This document shows positions 9,237 to 17,690 of a stretch of 32,000 nt of DNA, piece after piece (the first letter of the stretch is position 1; every line of letters begins with the position of its first letter). Origin of the DNA: Mycolicibacterium smegmatis (GTDB taxonomy: Bacteria > Actinomycetota > Actinomycetes > Mycobacteriales > Mycobacteriaceae); contig NZ_LN831039.1 in NCBI RefSeq assembly GCF_001457595.1, positions 150,001 through 182,000 of the forward strand, in the 5' to 3' direction. The notes below the pieces were generated by a model, which saw nothing but the letters and a program-made list of their open reading frames with translations, made no database searches and was not told the origin of the DNA. Both the position numbers and the translations under genes were made by a program.

Positions 9237-9742
9237 TGAGCGACACGCTGGCTGCCGTGACCGCGCCTCAGGAGGCGCCCGAGGAGCAGCAGCCGCCGGC
9301 AGGCGGACCGTGGTATCAGACGGTCGCCGCGGTCGTCGGGATCGCCCTCGGCGCCGGTGCGGCGGTGCTGGCCCACGGCTACGGGCTCGGGACCCTGCAC
9401 CAACCCGGACCCGGCCTGTGGCCCTTCGTCGTCGGCATCGTCATCACGGTGCTCTCGGCGCTGCTGCTCCTGCTGGGCCGCAAGCTCACCGACACCGAGG
9501 CGTTCACCCGCAGCAGCGTGCTCGCGGCCGCCGGCGCGGTGACGTTCGTGGGTTTCGGACTGCTGATGCCCCTGATCGGGTTCGAGATCCCCGCGCTGGT
9601 GCTGTGCGTGATCTGGTTGCGGTTCCTCGGTGGCGAAAGCTGGCGCAGCACAGCGATCGTCAGCGTGGTCACCACCGCGGTGTTCTACTTCCTGTTCCTC
9701 TACGGGCTGCGGATCCCGCTGCCACACCTGATCAGTTTCTAG
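9236..9742 (+). CDS. tctB: Tripartite tricarboxylate transporter small membrane subunit (TctB)
   Basis: 168-aa protein with four hydrophobic helices, located between the tctC and tctA homologues. Its ATG shares one nt with the tctC stop (TGATG at 9234-9238). Confidence 0.7.
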   Translation: MSDTLAAVTAPQEAPEEQQPPAGGPWYQTVAAVVGIALGAGAAVLAHGYGLGTLHQPGPGLWPFVVGIVITVLSALLLLLGRKLTDTEAFTRSSVLAAAGAVTFVGFGLLMPLIGFEIPALVLCVIWLRFLGGESWRSTAIVSVVTTAVFYFLFLYGLRIPLPHLISF

Positions 9743-9760
9743 GGCACCTGCCCGAGACCC

Positions 9761-11287
9761 ATGGACCTCAACGCATTCCTGGACGGGTTCGCACTGGTCG
9801 TCGAACCCCAGAACCTGCTGTACTGCCTCGTCGGTGTGCTCATCGGCATGGTGATCGGCGTACTGCCGGGCCTCGGCCCGGCAGCCACCATCGCGATCCT
9901 GCTGCCCATCACCTACACCATCGACCCCGTATCGGCGATCATCATGCTCGCGGGCATCTACTACGGGGCCCAGTACGGCGGCACCATCACGTCGGTGCTG
10001 CTGCGACTGCCCGGTGAGGCGTCGTCGGTGGTGACGGTGTTCGACGGTTTCGCGCTCGCCAAGCAGGGCAGGGCCGGAACCGCGCTCGGTGTCGCGGCCA
10101 TCGGATCCTTTGTGGGGGCGACGATCTCGATCGTCGGTCTGTCGCTGCTGGCGCCTGTGGTCGCCGAGGTGGCGCTCGATTTCGGCCCCCCGGAGTACGC
10201 CGCGCTGGCGCTGCTGGGGGTGCTGCTGGTGGCCACCATCGGCAACGGCAACATGCTCAAGTCGCTGATCGCGGCGGCCGTGGGCCTGCTGCTGGCGACG
10301 GTCGGGCGCGACAGTTTCAGCGGCGCATCGCGTTTCACCTTCGAGAGCCTGCAACTGGCCGACGGCATCGACTTCGTCGTGGTGGCCATGGGCCTGTTCG
10401 GCGTCGGTGAGATTCTCTACAACCTCGAACAGCGCCACGGAAAACCGCACGTACCGGCCAAGGTCGGCAACGCGTGGCCGTCGCGCAAAGACCTGCGCCA
10501 GTCGTCGGGCGCCATCGGGCGCGGATCGGTGATCGGGTTCGTGCTCGGCGTGCTCCCCGGCGGTGGTGCCGTGCTGGCCTCGCTGGTCGCCTACGCGACC
10601 GAGAAGAAGCGGTCGAAGCATCCCGAACGATTCGGCAAGGGCGCGGTGGAAGGCGTCGCGGCACCCGAGACCGCCAACAACGCCGCGGCGACATCGTCGT
10701 TCATCCCGTTGCTCACCATCGGTATCCCTGCCAACGCGTCGATGGCCATGCTGTTCGGAGCGCTGCTGATCCTGGGCATCTCGCCCGGTCCCCAGCTGGT
10801 CGGGGAGCACCCGGACCTGTTCTGGGGCGTCATCAACTCGATGTACATCGGCAACCTGGCGCTGCTGATCCTGAGCATCCCGCTCGTCGGGTTGTTCGTG
10901 CGGATCCTGCGCGTGCGGCCCGCGATCCTCGCGCCGATCACGGCGCTCATCACGCTGCTGGGCGTCTACACGATCAACAACTCGGTGTTCGACATCTTCG
11001 TGATGATCGCGTTCGGTGTCGTGGGCTACCTGATGAAGAAGACCGGATTCGATCCGGGTCCGCTGGTGCTGGCGTTCGTGCTCGGTTCGCTCGTCGAGTC
11101 CAACGTGCGCCGGTCGCTGCTCATCTTCGGCGGTGACCCGACGGGATTCGTCACACGGCCGTTGTCCGGGACGATCCTGGCGATACTCGTTGCGGTGGTG
11201 GCGATCCCGGTGATCCGTCAGCTGCTGCGCTCCCGCGCGAAATCACCTGTCACCGGCGAGACGCCGTCGAGTGTTACCAAGGTGTAG
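9761..11287 (+). CDS. tctA: Tripartite tricarboxylate transporter large permease (TctA)
   Basis: 508-aa polytopic membrane protein. The N-terminus LLYCLVGVLIGMVIGVLPGLGPAATIAILLP and the segment AAPETANNAA are typical of the TctA family. Confidence 0.9.
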   Translation: MDLNAFLDGFALVVEPQNLLYCLVGVLIGMVIGVLPGLGPAATIAILLPITYTIDPVSAIIMLAGIYYGAQYGGTITSVLLRLPGEASSVVTVFDGFALAKQGRAGTALGVAAIGSFVGATISIVGLSLLAPVVAEVALDFGPPEYAALALLGVLLVATIGNGNMLKSLIAAAVGLLLATVGRDSFSGASRFTFESLQLADGIDFVVVAMGLFGVGEILYNLEQRHGKPHVPAKVGNAWPSRKDLRQSSGAIGRGSVIGFVLGVLPGGGAVLASLVAYATEKKRSKHPERFGKGAVEGVAAPETANNAAATSSFIPLLTIGIPANASMAMLFGALLILGISPGPQLVGEHPDLFWGVINSMYIGNLALLILSIPLVGLFVRILRVRPAILAPITALITLLGVYTINNSVFDIFVMIAFGVVGYLMKKTGFDPGPLVLAFVLGSLVESNVRRSLLIFGGDPTGFVTRPLSGTILAILVAVVAIPVIRQLLRSRAKSPVTGETPSSVTKV

Positions 11288-11926
11288 GCGCATGGCGGCC
11301 CGCGCCAGATCCGGGTCCCCTGCGGCCACCGCGGCCGCCACCTGATCGTGCTCACGGCGGACCCGCTCGGCGTGCGCGGCGTCGGTGATCGAATGCGCGT
11401 CGCCCAGGCGCGTGCGCGGCAGCATGATCATCATGGGACCCAGCGAGTTCAACAGGTCGAGGTAGAACCGGTTCCCGCTGACCTCGGCAATCGTGCGGTG
11501 GAATCGGAAGTCGGCCTCGACGGCGTCCTCCGGTGCGGCGCCGACGAATTCGTCGAGCGCGGTACGGACCGCGTCGCGGCCGCGGGCATCGATGCGCGCG
11601 GCGGCCAGTGCGGCCGCCTCGCATTCCACACCGAGGCGGAAGTCCACCATGTCGAGCACGTCGCGTTGGGTCCGGATGGCCGCGGACTCGATGGTGAACG
11701 CGGTGGGTTCGGGCACCGCGAGTACGAAAGACCCTCGGCCCTGGAAGGTTTCGATGAGACCCTCGGCACGCAGGCGTGTGACGGCCTCACGCACCACGGT
11801 GCGCGACACCCCGAACTCGTCGATGAGCTCGGCCTCGGACGGCAGTTTGTGGCCGGGCGGCAGGTCGCCGGCGAAGATCTTGTCCTTCAGCCCGGCGACC
11901 ACCCGCTGCGCCAGCGATGTGCTCAC
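11243..11926 (-). CDS. GntR-family (FadR/FCD subfamily) transcriptional regulator
   Basis: N-terminal wHTH LPSEAELIDEFGVSRTVVREAVTRLRAEGLIETFQGRGSFV plus an all-helical FCD-like C-domain. GTG 11926 overlaps the stop of the upstream dehydratase (GTGA). The 3' end overlaps tctA by 45 nt, convergently. Confidence 0.85.
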   Translation of the reverse strand: MSTSLAQRVVAGLKDKIFAGDLPPGHKLPSEAELIDEFGVSRTVVREAVTRLRAEGLIETFQGRGSFVLAVPEPTAFTIESAAIRTQRDVLDMVDFRLGVECEAAALAAARIDARGRDAVRTALDEFVGAAPEDAVEADFRFHRTIAEVSGNRFYLDLLNSLGPMMIMLPRTRLGDAHSITDAAHAERVRREHDQVAAAVAAGDPDLARAAMRLHLGNTRRRLAGDR

Positions 11927-13041
11927 GCCTGGAATTCTGCCTGCTCCCGGGTCAGCGCCCGCATCTGATCACTCAGCGTGAAACCCAGGCCCGGGCGGTC
12001 GGGCAGCCACATGCGGCCGTCGCGGATCTCGATGCGCTCGTTGAACAGTGGGTTGAGCCACTCGAAGTGCTCGACCCACGGCTCGGTCGGATAGGTGGCC
12101 GCGAGATGCAGGTGGATCTCCATTGCGTAGTGGGGTGCGAGCGCCAGACCGGCGTGCGACGCCAGTGTCGCGAACCGCAAGAACGGTGTGATGCCGCCGA
12201 TGCGCGGGGCATCCGGCTGCACGATGCCGCGGTATCCGGCGTCGATCAGTGCCATGTGCTCGGGGACCGACGTGAGCATCTCACCCGTGGCGATCGGGGT
12301 GTCGAACGTGTGGCTGAGATCGGCGTGGCCCACGGCGTCCCACGCGTCGAGGGGTTCCTCGATCCACACCAGGTCGAACTGCTCCAGCTCGCGACACATC
12401 CGCCGCGCCCTCGCGCGGTCCCACTGCTGGTTGGCGTCCACCATCAACGGGGTGCCCCCGAGATGCGCGCGCATGGCGGCCACGCGTTTGAGATCCTCGG
12501 CCCAGTCGGGCTGGCCCACCTTGATCTTGACGCCGCCTATGCCGGATTCCAGCGACGCCGTTGCAGCGTCCTTGACCTCGTCGAGCGAGGCCTGCAGGAA
12601 ACCCCCGGATGTGTTGTACACGCGGCACGAATCCCGGTGTGCCCCGATCAGTTTCGCCAGGGGCAGGCCCGCACGCCTGGCCTTGAGATCCCACAACGCG
12701 ACGTCGAGTGCCGCGATGGCCTGCGTGGCCACCCCGGACCGTCCCACCGAGGCGCCCGCCCACAGCAGCGACTGGTAGATGCGGTCGATGTCGGAGGGGT
12801 CCTGACCGAGCGCGACCTCGGCGATCTCGTGCAGGTGGGTGTACTGGGCGGGACCGCCCGCGCGCTTGGAGTAGCTGAACCCCATGCCCTGCAGGCCGTC
12901 GGAGGTGCTCACCTCGACGAACAGCAGCACCGTCTCGGTCAGCGGCTTCTGCCTGCCGGTGAGCACCTTGGCGTCGCTGACCGGATTGGGTAACGGGAGG
13001 ACGACGTGGGAGAGGGCGAGGCGGCAGATGCGGTCAGTCAT
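11923..13041 (-). CDS. Enolase-superfamily enzyme, mandelate racemase subgroup (acid-sugar dehydratase-like)
   Basis: 372 aa. KxK motif VKIKVG; metal ligands in MVDANQ, WIEEP and ATGE; His/Asp dyad context IVQPDAPRIGG and LAPHYAM. The substrate cannot be assigned from sequence alone. Confidence 0.9.
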   Translation of the reverse strand: MTDRICRLALSHVVLPLPNPVSDAKVLTGRQKPLTETVLLFVEVSTSDGLQGMGFSYSKRAGGPAQYTHLHEIAEVALGQDPSDIDRIYQSLLWAGASVGRSGVATQAIAALDVALWDLKARRAGLPLAKLIGAHRDSCRVYNTSGGFLQASLDEVKDAATASLESGIGGVKIKVGQPDWAEDLKRVAAMRAHLGGTPLMVDANQQWDRARARRMCRELEQFDLVWIEEPLDAWDAVGHADLSHTFDTPIATGEMLTSVPEHMALIDAGYRGIVQPDAPRIGGITPFLRFATLASHAGLALAPHYAMEIHLHLAATYPTEPWVEHFEWLNPLFNERIEIRDGRMWLPDRPGLGFTLSDQMRALTREQAEFQA

Positions 13042-13066
13042 ATGACAAGGCTACAACTTGTCATAT
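13040..13066. promoter_or_regulatory. Perfect 10-bp inverted repeat ATATGACAAG-N7-CTTGTCATAT, candidate GntR operator
   Basis: An AT-rich palindrome in a GC-rich genome. The left arm overlaps the ATG (13041-13039) of the dehydratase gene, which is translationally coupled to the GntR gene. It also lies 15 nt downstream of the adh stop, so it could double as a terminator stem. Confidence 0.45.
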
Positions 13067-13080
13067 AAGTGGGACAGGTT

Positions 13081-14172
13081 TCAGGCGAAGTCGATCACCT
13101 GACGCACCGCACGGCCCTCGGCCAGTTCGTCCATGCCCGCGTTGATGTCGTCGAGCGCGATGGTCGACGACACGAGCGACTCCACCGGCAGGCGCCCGGC
13201 GCGCCACAACTCGACGAAACGCGGGATGTCGCGCGACGGCACCGCCGAACCGAGGTAACTGCCGATCAGAGACCGTCCTTCGGCGACGAAACCCAACGGC
13301 GACACCGTGATCCGCGCGTCGGGGCGCGGCAGGCCCACCGTGATGGTCCGTCCGCCAGGACCGGTCAAACCGATCGCGGTCTCCAGCGCGGCCGGATGTC
13401 CCGCGGCCTCGATCACCACCTCGGCCCGCAGATCCGCGGCCTGCTCGGGGGTGAAGGTCTCGTGCACGCCGAGTTCGGCTGCGCGGGCCAGCTTGTCGGA
13501 CAACTGGTCGACACCGACCACCCGCACGTCGTCGTGCGCGAGCGCGGTGAGCGCAGCGGCCATCCCCACCCCGCCGAGACCGACGACCACGACGGTCTGT
13601 CCCGGCTTCGGCCGGCCGACGTTGAGCACGGCCCCGCCGCCCGTGAGCACCGCGCAACCCAACAGCGCGGCGACCGTCGCGGGCACGTCGTCGGGTACCG
13701 GGACGATCGAGCGGCGGTCCACCACGGCGTGCGTCGCGAACCCGGACACACCGAGGTGGTGGAACACGGGTTCGCCGTCGCGACGCAGCCGGATGTCACC
13801 GTTCATCAGCGTGCCCGCGCCGTTGGCGACCGATCCCGGCCCGCAGGGGGTCAGCCCGTCGGTCCCGCAGGCCGGGCAGGATCCGCAGCGCGGCAGGAAC
13901 GTCATCACCACGCGCTGACCGGTTTCGAGATCCGCGCCCGGCGTCTCGACCACACCCGCGGCCTCGTGCCCCAGCAGCATCGGCACCGGACGCACCCGGT
14001 TGCCGTCGACGACCGACAGATCCGAGTGGCACAGCCCGGCGGACTCGATGCGCACCAGCAGTTCATCCGGACCCGGATCGGCGAGGTCGAGTTCGGAGAT
14101 GGTCAGTGGCCGGGATTCGGCGTAGGGACGGGGTGCACCGATGCGTTCGAGGACGGCTCCGCGGATCTTCAT
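13081..14172 (-). CDS. Zinc-dependent alcohol dehydrogenase (MDR family), positional equivalent of M. tuberculosis adhE1 (Rv0162c)
   Basis: GHEAAGVV catalytic zinc motif, CHSD, structural-zinc cysteines CGSCPACG..C, Rossmann motif VVGLGGVG. 363 aa. Confidence 0.9.
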   Translation of the reverse strand: MKIRGAVLERIGAPRPYAESRPLTISELDLADPGPDELLVRIESAGLCHSDLSVVDGNRVRPVPMLLGHEAAGVVETPGADLETGQRVVMTFLPRCGSCPACGTDGLTPCGPGSVANGAGTLMNGDIRLRRDGEPVFHHLGVSGFATHAVVDRRSIVPVPDDVPATVAALLGCAVLTGGGAVLNVGRPKPGQTVVVVGLGGVGMAAALTALAHDDVRVVGVDQLSDKLARAAELGVHETFTPEQAADLRAEVVIEAAGHPAALETAIGLTGPGGRTITVGLPRPDARITVSPLGFVAEGRSLIGSYLGSAVPSRDIPRFVELWRAGRLPVESLVSSTIALDDINAGMDELAEGRAVRQVIDFA

Positions 14173-14207
14173 GGGAACCAGCCTGCCTCGACTGCAAGAC
14201 TTCAGCC

Positions 14208-14657
14208 ATGACCCGTCGCGACGAGCCCACGCCCACCGGCCGAGAATTTCCCGTGCACTGGCCCGTGGGCACGCGGTGGACCGACAACGACATGTTCGGC
14301 CACCTCAACAACGCGGTCTACTACGAGCTGTTCGACACCGCGATCAACGCGTGGATCCAGACGAGCTGCGACGTCGACCCGGTCACCGCGCCGTGGCTCG
14401 GCGTCGTCGCCGAATCGGGCTGCCGCTATTTCACCGAGCTGAAGTTCCCCGGCAGGCTCGTCGTGGGCCTTGCGGTGAGCCGGCTGGGCACCAGCAGCGT
14501 GACCTATCGACTCGCGCTGTTCGCAGAAGACGCGGCAGACGAGCCGGTCGCGGCCGTCGGGCACTGGGTGCACGTGTACGTCGACCGGCACACCCGTCGC
14601 CCGGTCCCGATCCCGGACGCCATCCGTGACCTGCTGGCTTCGGCCGCCGGTCGATAG
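14208..14657 (+). CDS. Hotdog-fold acyl-CoA thioesterase (4HBT/YbgC-like), positional equivalent of Rv0163
   Basis: I trimmed the ORF to ATG 14208 (MTRRDEPTP..). The segment VGTRWTDNDMFGHLNNAVYYELFD matches the 4HBT catalytic region (D..N..GH..N..Y). Confidence 0.75.
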   Translation: MTRRDEPTPTGREFPVHWPVGTRWTDNDMFGHLNNAVYYELFDTAINAWIQTSCDVDPVTAPWLGVVAESGCRYFTELKFPGRLVVGLAVSRLGTSSVTYRLALFAEDAADEPVAAVGHWVHVYVDRHTRRPVPIPDAIRDLLASAAGR

Positions 14658-14674
14658 CTCGATATGCTCGGCGA

Positions 14675-15118
14675 ATGCCGCTTGTGAGCAAGACTGTCGA
14701 GGTCGCCGCCTCCGCCGAGACGATCACGTCGATCGTCTCGGACTTCGAGGCGTACCCGCAATGGAACCCCGAGATCAAGGGGTGCTGGATCCTCGCCCGG
14801 TACAACGACGGCAGGCCCAGTCAGTTGCGGCTCGACGTCGAGATCCAGGGACAGTCGGGCGTGTTCATCACGGCCGTGTACTACCCGGCCGAGAACCAGA
14901 TCTTCACGATGCTGCAGCAGGGCGATCATTTCACCAAGCAGGAGCAGCGGTTCTCGATCGTGCCGCTCGGACCGGACTCGACGCTGCTGCAGGTGGACCT
15001 CGACGTCGAGGTGAAGCTGCCGGTGCCCGGACCGATGGTCAAGAAGCTCGCGGGTGAGACCCTCGAGCACCTCGCGAAGGCCCTCGAGGGCCGCGTCGAG
15101 CAGCTCACCCAGAGCTGA
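14675..15118 (+). CDS. SRPBCC (START/cyclase-dehydrase fold) protein, positional equivalent of Rv0164 (TB18.5)
   Basis: 147 aa. The N-terminus SKTVEVAASAETITSIVSDFEAYPQWNPEIK is the typical SRPBCC/polyketide-cyclase opening. Confidence 0.8.
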   Translation: MPLVSKTVEVAASAETITSIVSDFEAYPQWNPEIKGCWILARYNDGRPSQLRLDVEIQGQSGVFITAVYYPAENQIFTMLQQGDHFTKQEQRFSIVPLGPDSTLLQVDLDVEVKLPVPGPMVKKLAGETLEHLAKALEGRVEQLTQS

Positions 15119-15124
15119 TCTGAA

Positions 15125-15817
15125 CTAGTCCCACATCCCGATCTCTTCGAGGCGCGCGATCAGTCGCCGCGCGCCGTCGGTGAACTGTGCGCCGTTGAGT
15201 TGTACGACGCGCCGCGCGTCGCGGCGCCGCAACGCCTCGATGAGCAACCGGTGGCCGGCCACGGCCTGCTGCCCCCAGCCGGGGTCTGTCGAGTAGATCA
15301 GGGCGGGCAGATACCGCGCGACGTGCAGCAGAAACCACGCCAGCTTGATGCGCCCGCTGGCATGGTTGAACGCACGGTGGAACGCGAACTCGATTGTCGA
15401 GATCTCGTCGGGGTCGCCGCGCCCGACGGCGATTTCGAGTTCGTCGTTGAGGCGTTCGAGTTCGTCGATCTGGTGGTCGGTGATCCGGGTGACGGTCGTG
15501 GCGGCGAGTTCGCGGGCGATGGTCGCCTGCAGCCAGAAGATGTCCTCGACGTCGGTGCGGCTCATCGGCACGACGACGTGGCCGCGGTGGGGTTCGAGCT
15601 GCACCATCCCCTCGCCGCGCAGGGTCCGCAGCGCCTCGCGCACCGGGGTGATGCTGACGCCCAGCGCGGCCGCGGTCTCGTCGAGCCTGATGAACGTGCC
15701 CGGACGCAGTGCCCCGGTCATGATCTCGGCCCGCAGGTGGGCCGCCACCTCGTCGGAGAGTTGTTCGCGACGCACTCCGCGGCGCGGTTGCGCGCCGGTC
15801 CTGACGGGCGTGTTCAC
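15125..15817 (-). CDS. mce1R: GntR/FadR-family repressor of the mce1 operon
   Basis: wHTH RLDETAAALGVSITPVREALRTLRGEGMVQLEPHRGHVV plus an FCD domain. It is divergent from fadD5, exactly as Rv0165c/Rv0166 are. I prefer GTG 15817 (SD GGAG 5 nt upstream) as the start. The track start at 15910 would consume the whole divergent promoter region. Confidence 0.8.
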   Translation of the reverse strand: MNTPVRTGAQPRRGVRREQLSDEVAAHLRAEIMTGALRPGTFIRLDETAAALGVSITPVREALRTLRGEGMVQLEPHRGHVVVPMSRTDVEDIFWLQATIARELAATTVTRITDHQIDELERLNDELEIAVGRGDPDEISTIEFAFHRAFNHASGRIKLAWFLLHVARYLPALIYSTDPGWGQQAVAGHRLLIEALRRRDARRVVQLNGAQFTDGARRLIARLEEIGMWD

Positions 15818-15846
15818 GTGGTCTCCGGTGGTATCTCGGGTGGGCT

Positions 15847-15865
15847 GATCGGGGTTGTCCCGATC
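15847..15865. promoter_or_regulatory. Inverted repeat GATCGGG-N5-CCCGATC in the mce1R-fadD5 divergent region
   Basis: A perfect 7-bp repeat, 30-48 nt upstream of the preferred mce1R start (15817). Function unknown. Confidence 0.3.
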
Positions 15866-15900
15866 GCTTCGAGGCCATAATGTGACCGGGGCAACCCAAT

Positions 15901-15918
15901 GTTTGATCAAATATCAAC
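15901..15918. promoter_or_regulatory. AT-rich element TTGATCAAATATCAA upstream of fadD5 (candidate Mce1R operator)
   Basis: TTGAT (15903-15907) / ATCAA (15913-15917) is an inverted repeat. The element also reads as a direct ATCAA repeat with 7-bp spacing and contains the TGATCA palindrome. It lies between a CATAAT -10-like hexamer (15876-15881) and the fadD5 start. Confidence 0.3.
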
Positions 15919-15939
15919 GTCGCGCAACTGCGAGACCAG

Positions 15940-17601
15940 TTGCACTACACATGGAGTTCAGAGCCGTTGACTGCCGAGCCGTCCCAGATTGAGCAGCCGT
16001 ACCTCGCGCGTCGCCAGAACTGGGTCAACCAGCTGACCCGCCACGCGATGATGCAGCCGGACAAGACCGCCCTGCGTTTCCTGGGCCGCACCACCACGTG
16101 GCGCGAACTGGACGATCGCGTGACCCGGTTGGCCGGCGCGTTGAACCGCCGCGGCGTGGGCTTCGGCGACCGTGTTCTGATCCTGATGCTCAACCGCACC
16201 GAGTTCGTCGAGGCCATGCTGGCCGCGAACCGGCTGGGCGCCATCGCGGTTCCGGTGAACTTCCGCATGACCCCGCCCGAGATCGCGTACCTGGTCAGCG
16301 ACTGCGAGGCGCACGTCGTGGTCACCGAGCCCGTGCTGGCGGGGGTGGCCACCGCGGTCCGCGACCTGGACGCGACGCTGCAGACCGTGATCGTGGCAGG
16401 AGGCGCCACCGAGGACGGCGTACTCGGGTACGACGACCTGATCGCCGAGGAGGGCGAACCGCCCGCCCCGGTCGACATCCCCAACGACTCACCGGCACTC
16501 ATCATGTACACGTCGGGCACCACCGGCCGGCCCAAGGGCGCGGTGCTCACCCACACCAACCTGAGCGCGCAGGCGATGATGCACCTGTTCACCACGGGTG
16601 CCGACCTCAACAGCGACGTCGGCTTCGTGGGCGTGCCGCTGTTCCACATCGCAGGTGTCGCGGGCAGTGTGCTCAGCGGCGTGACGCTGGGTGTTCCGAC
16701 CGTACTCTACCCTCTCGGCGCGTTCGACCCCGACGGCCTGCTGGATGTGCTTGAGTCCGAACAGGTCACGGGCATCTTCCTGGTGCCGGCCCAGTGGCAG
16801 GCGGTGTGCGCCGCGCAGCGGGCCCGGCCGCGCAACCTGAAACTGCGTGCGCTGTCGTGGGGTGCGGCGCCCGCGTCGGACACGCTGCTGCGCGAGATGA
16901 ACGAGGCTTTCCCCGACGCGCAGATCTTCGCGGCGTTCGGGCAGACCGAGATGTCGCCGGTCACCTGCATGTTGTTGGGCGACGACGCGATTCGCAAGCT
17001 GGGTTCGGTGGGCCGGGTCATCCCGACCGTCTCGGCCCGCGTGGTCGACGACAACATGAACGACGTGCCGGTCGGCGAGGTCGGCGAGATCGTGTACCGC
17101 GGACCGAATCTGATGACCGGCTACTGGAACAACCCGAAGGCCACCGCGGAGGCGTTCGCAGGCGGCTGGTTCCACTCGGGTGACCTGGTGCGCCAGGACG
17201 AGGAAGGCTACGTCTGGGTGGTCGACCGCAAGAAGGACATGATCATCTCGGGCGGCGAGAACATCTACTGCGCCGAGGTCGAGAACGTCCTGGCGGCCCA
17301 TCCGGCCATCATGGAGGTCGCGGTGATCGGCAGGCCGCACGAGAAGTGGGGCGAGGTACCTGTCGCGGTCGTGGCTCTCAATTCCGCGACCGCCGAATCG
17401 ATCAGCCTCGGCGAGCTCGACAGCTTCCTCACCGAGCGTCTGGCGCGTTACAAGCACCCCAAGGCGCTCGAGGTCGTCGACGCGTTGCCCCGCAATCCGT
17501 CGGGCAAGGTGCTCAAGACCGAGTTGCGTGAACGCTTCGGCAGGGCAACCTCGCTTGACGGTGGCGAAAGCAACTCTGCAACAACGGTTTCTGCAGGTTG
17601 A
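15940..17601 (+). CDS. fadD5: Fatty-acid--CoA ligase (acyl-CoA synthetase)
   Basis: AMP-binding signatures YTSGTTGRPKG, GEIVYRGPNLMTGYW, WFHSGD, DRKKDMIISGGENIY, PRNPSGKVLK. The position between mce1R and yrbE1A equals Rv0166. The start (TTG 15940) is uncertain. Confidence 0.9.
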   Translation: MHYTWSSEPLTAEPSQIEQPYLARRQNWVNQLTRHAMMQPDKTALRFLGRTTTWRELDDRVTRLAGALNRRGVGFGDRVLILMLNRTEFVEAMLAANRLGAIAVPVNFRMTPPEIAYLVSDCEAHVVVTEPVLAGVATAVRDLDATLQTVIVAGGATEDGVLGYDDLIAEEGEPPAPVDIPNDSPALIMYTSGTTGRPKGAVLTHTNLSAQAMMHLFTTGADLNSDVGFVGVPLFHIAGVAGSVLSGVTLGVPTVLYPLGAFDPDGLLDVLESEQVTGIFLVPAQWQAVCAAQRARPRNLKLRALSWGAAPASDTLLREMNEAFPDAQIFAAFGQTEMSPVTCMLLGDDAIRKLGSVGRVIPTVSARVVDDNMNDVPVGEVGEIVYRGPNLMTGYWNNPKATAEAFAGGWFHSGDLVRQDEEGYVWVVDRKKDMIISGGENIYCAEVENVLAAHPAIMEVAVIGRPHEKWGEVPVAVVALNSATAESISLGELDSFLTERLARYKHPKALEVVDALPRNPSGKVLKTELRERFGRATSLDGGESNSATTVSAG

Positions 17602-17690
17602 GCGGCCATTTGAGCGATCTGGTGCACCTTTGCTAACAGTTCAGGGCATAATCCACCCGATGCGGTGCAAGGCCCGGAACGGATCGGGTA

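Noticed and set aside
8951-10810. 619-aa minus-strand ORF, the longest antisense ORF in the window, rich in R/D/H/G/Q
   Set aside because: It lies antisense to tctC, tctB and tctA, which all have family-typical sequences and membrane topology. Its composition is that of a GC-rich antisense frame and it has no domain signature.
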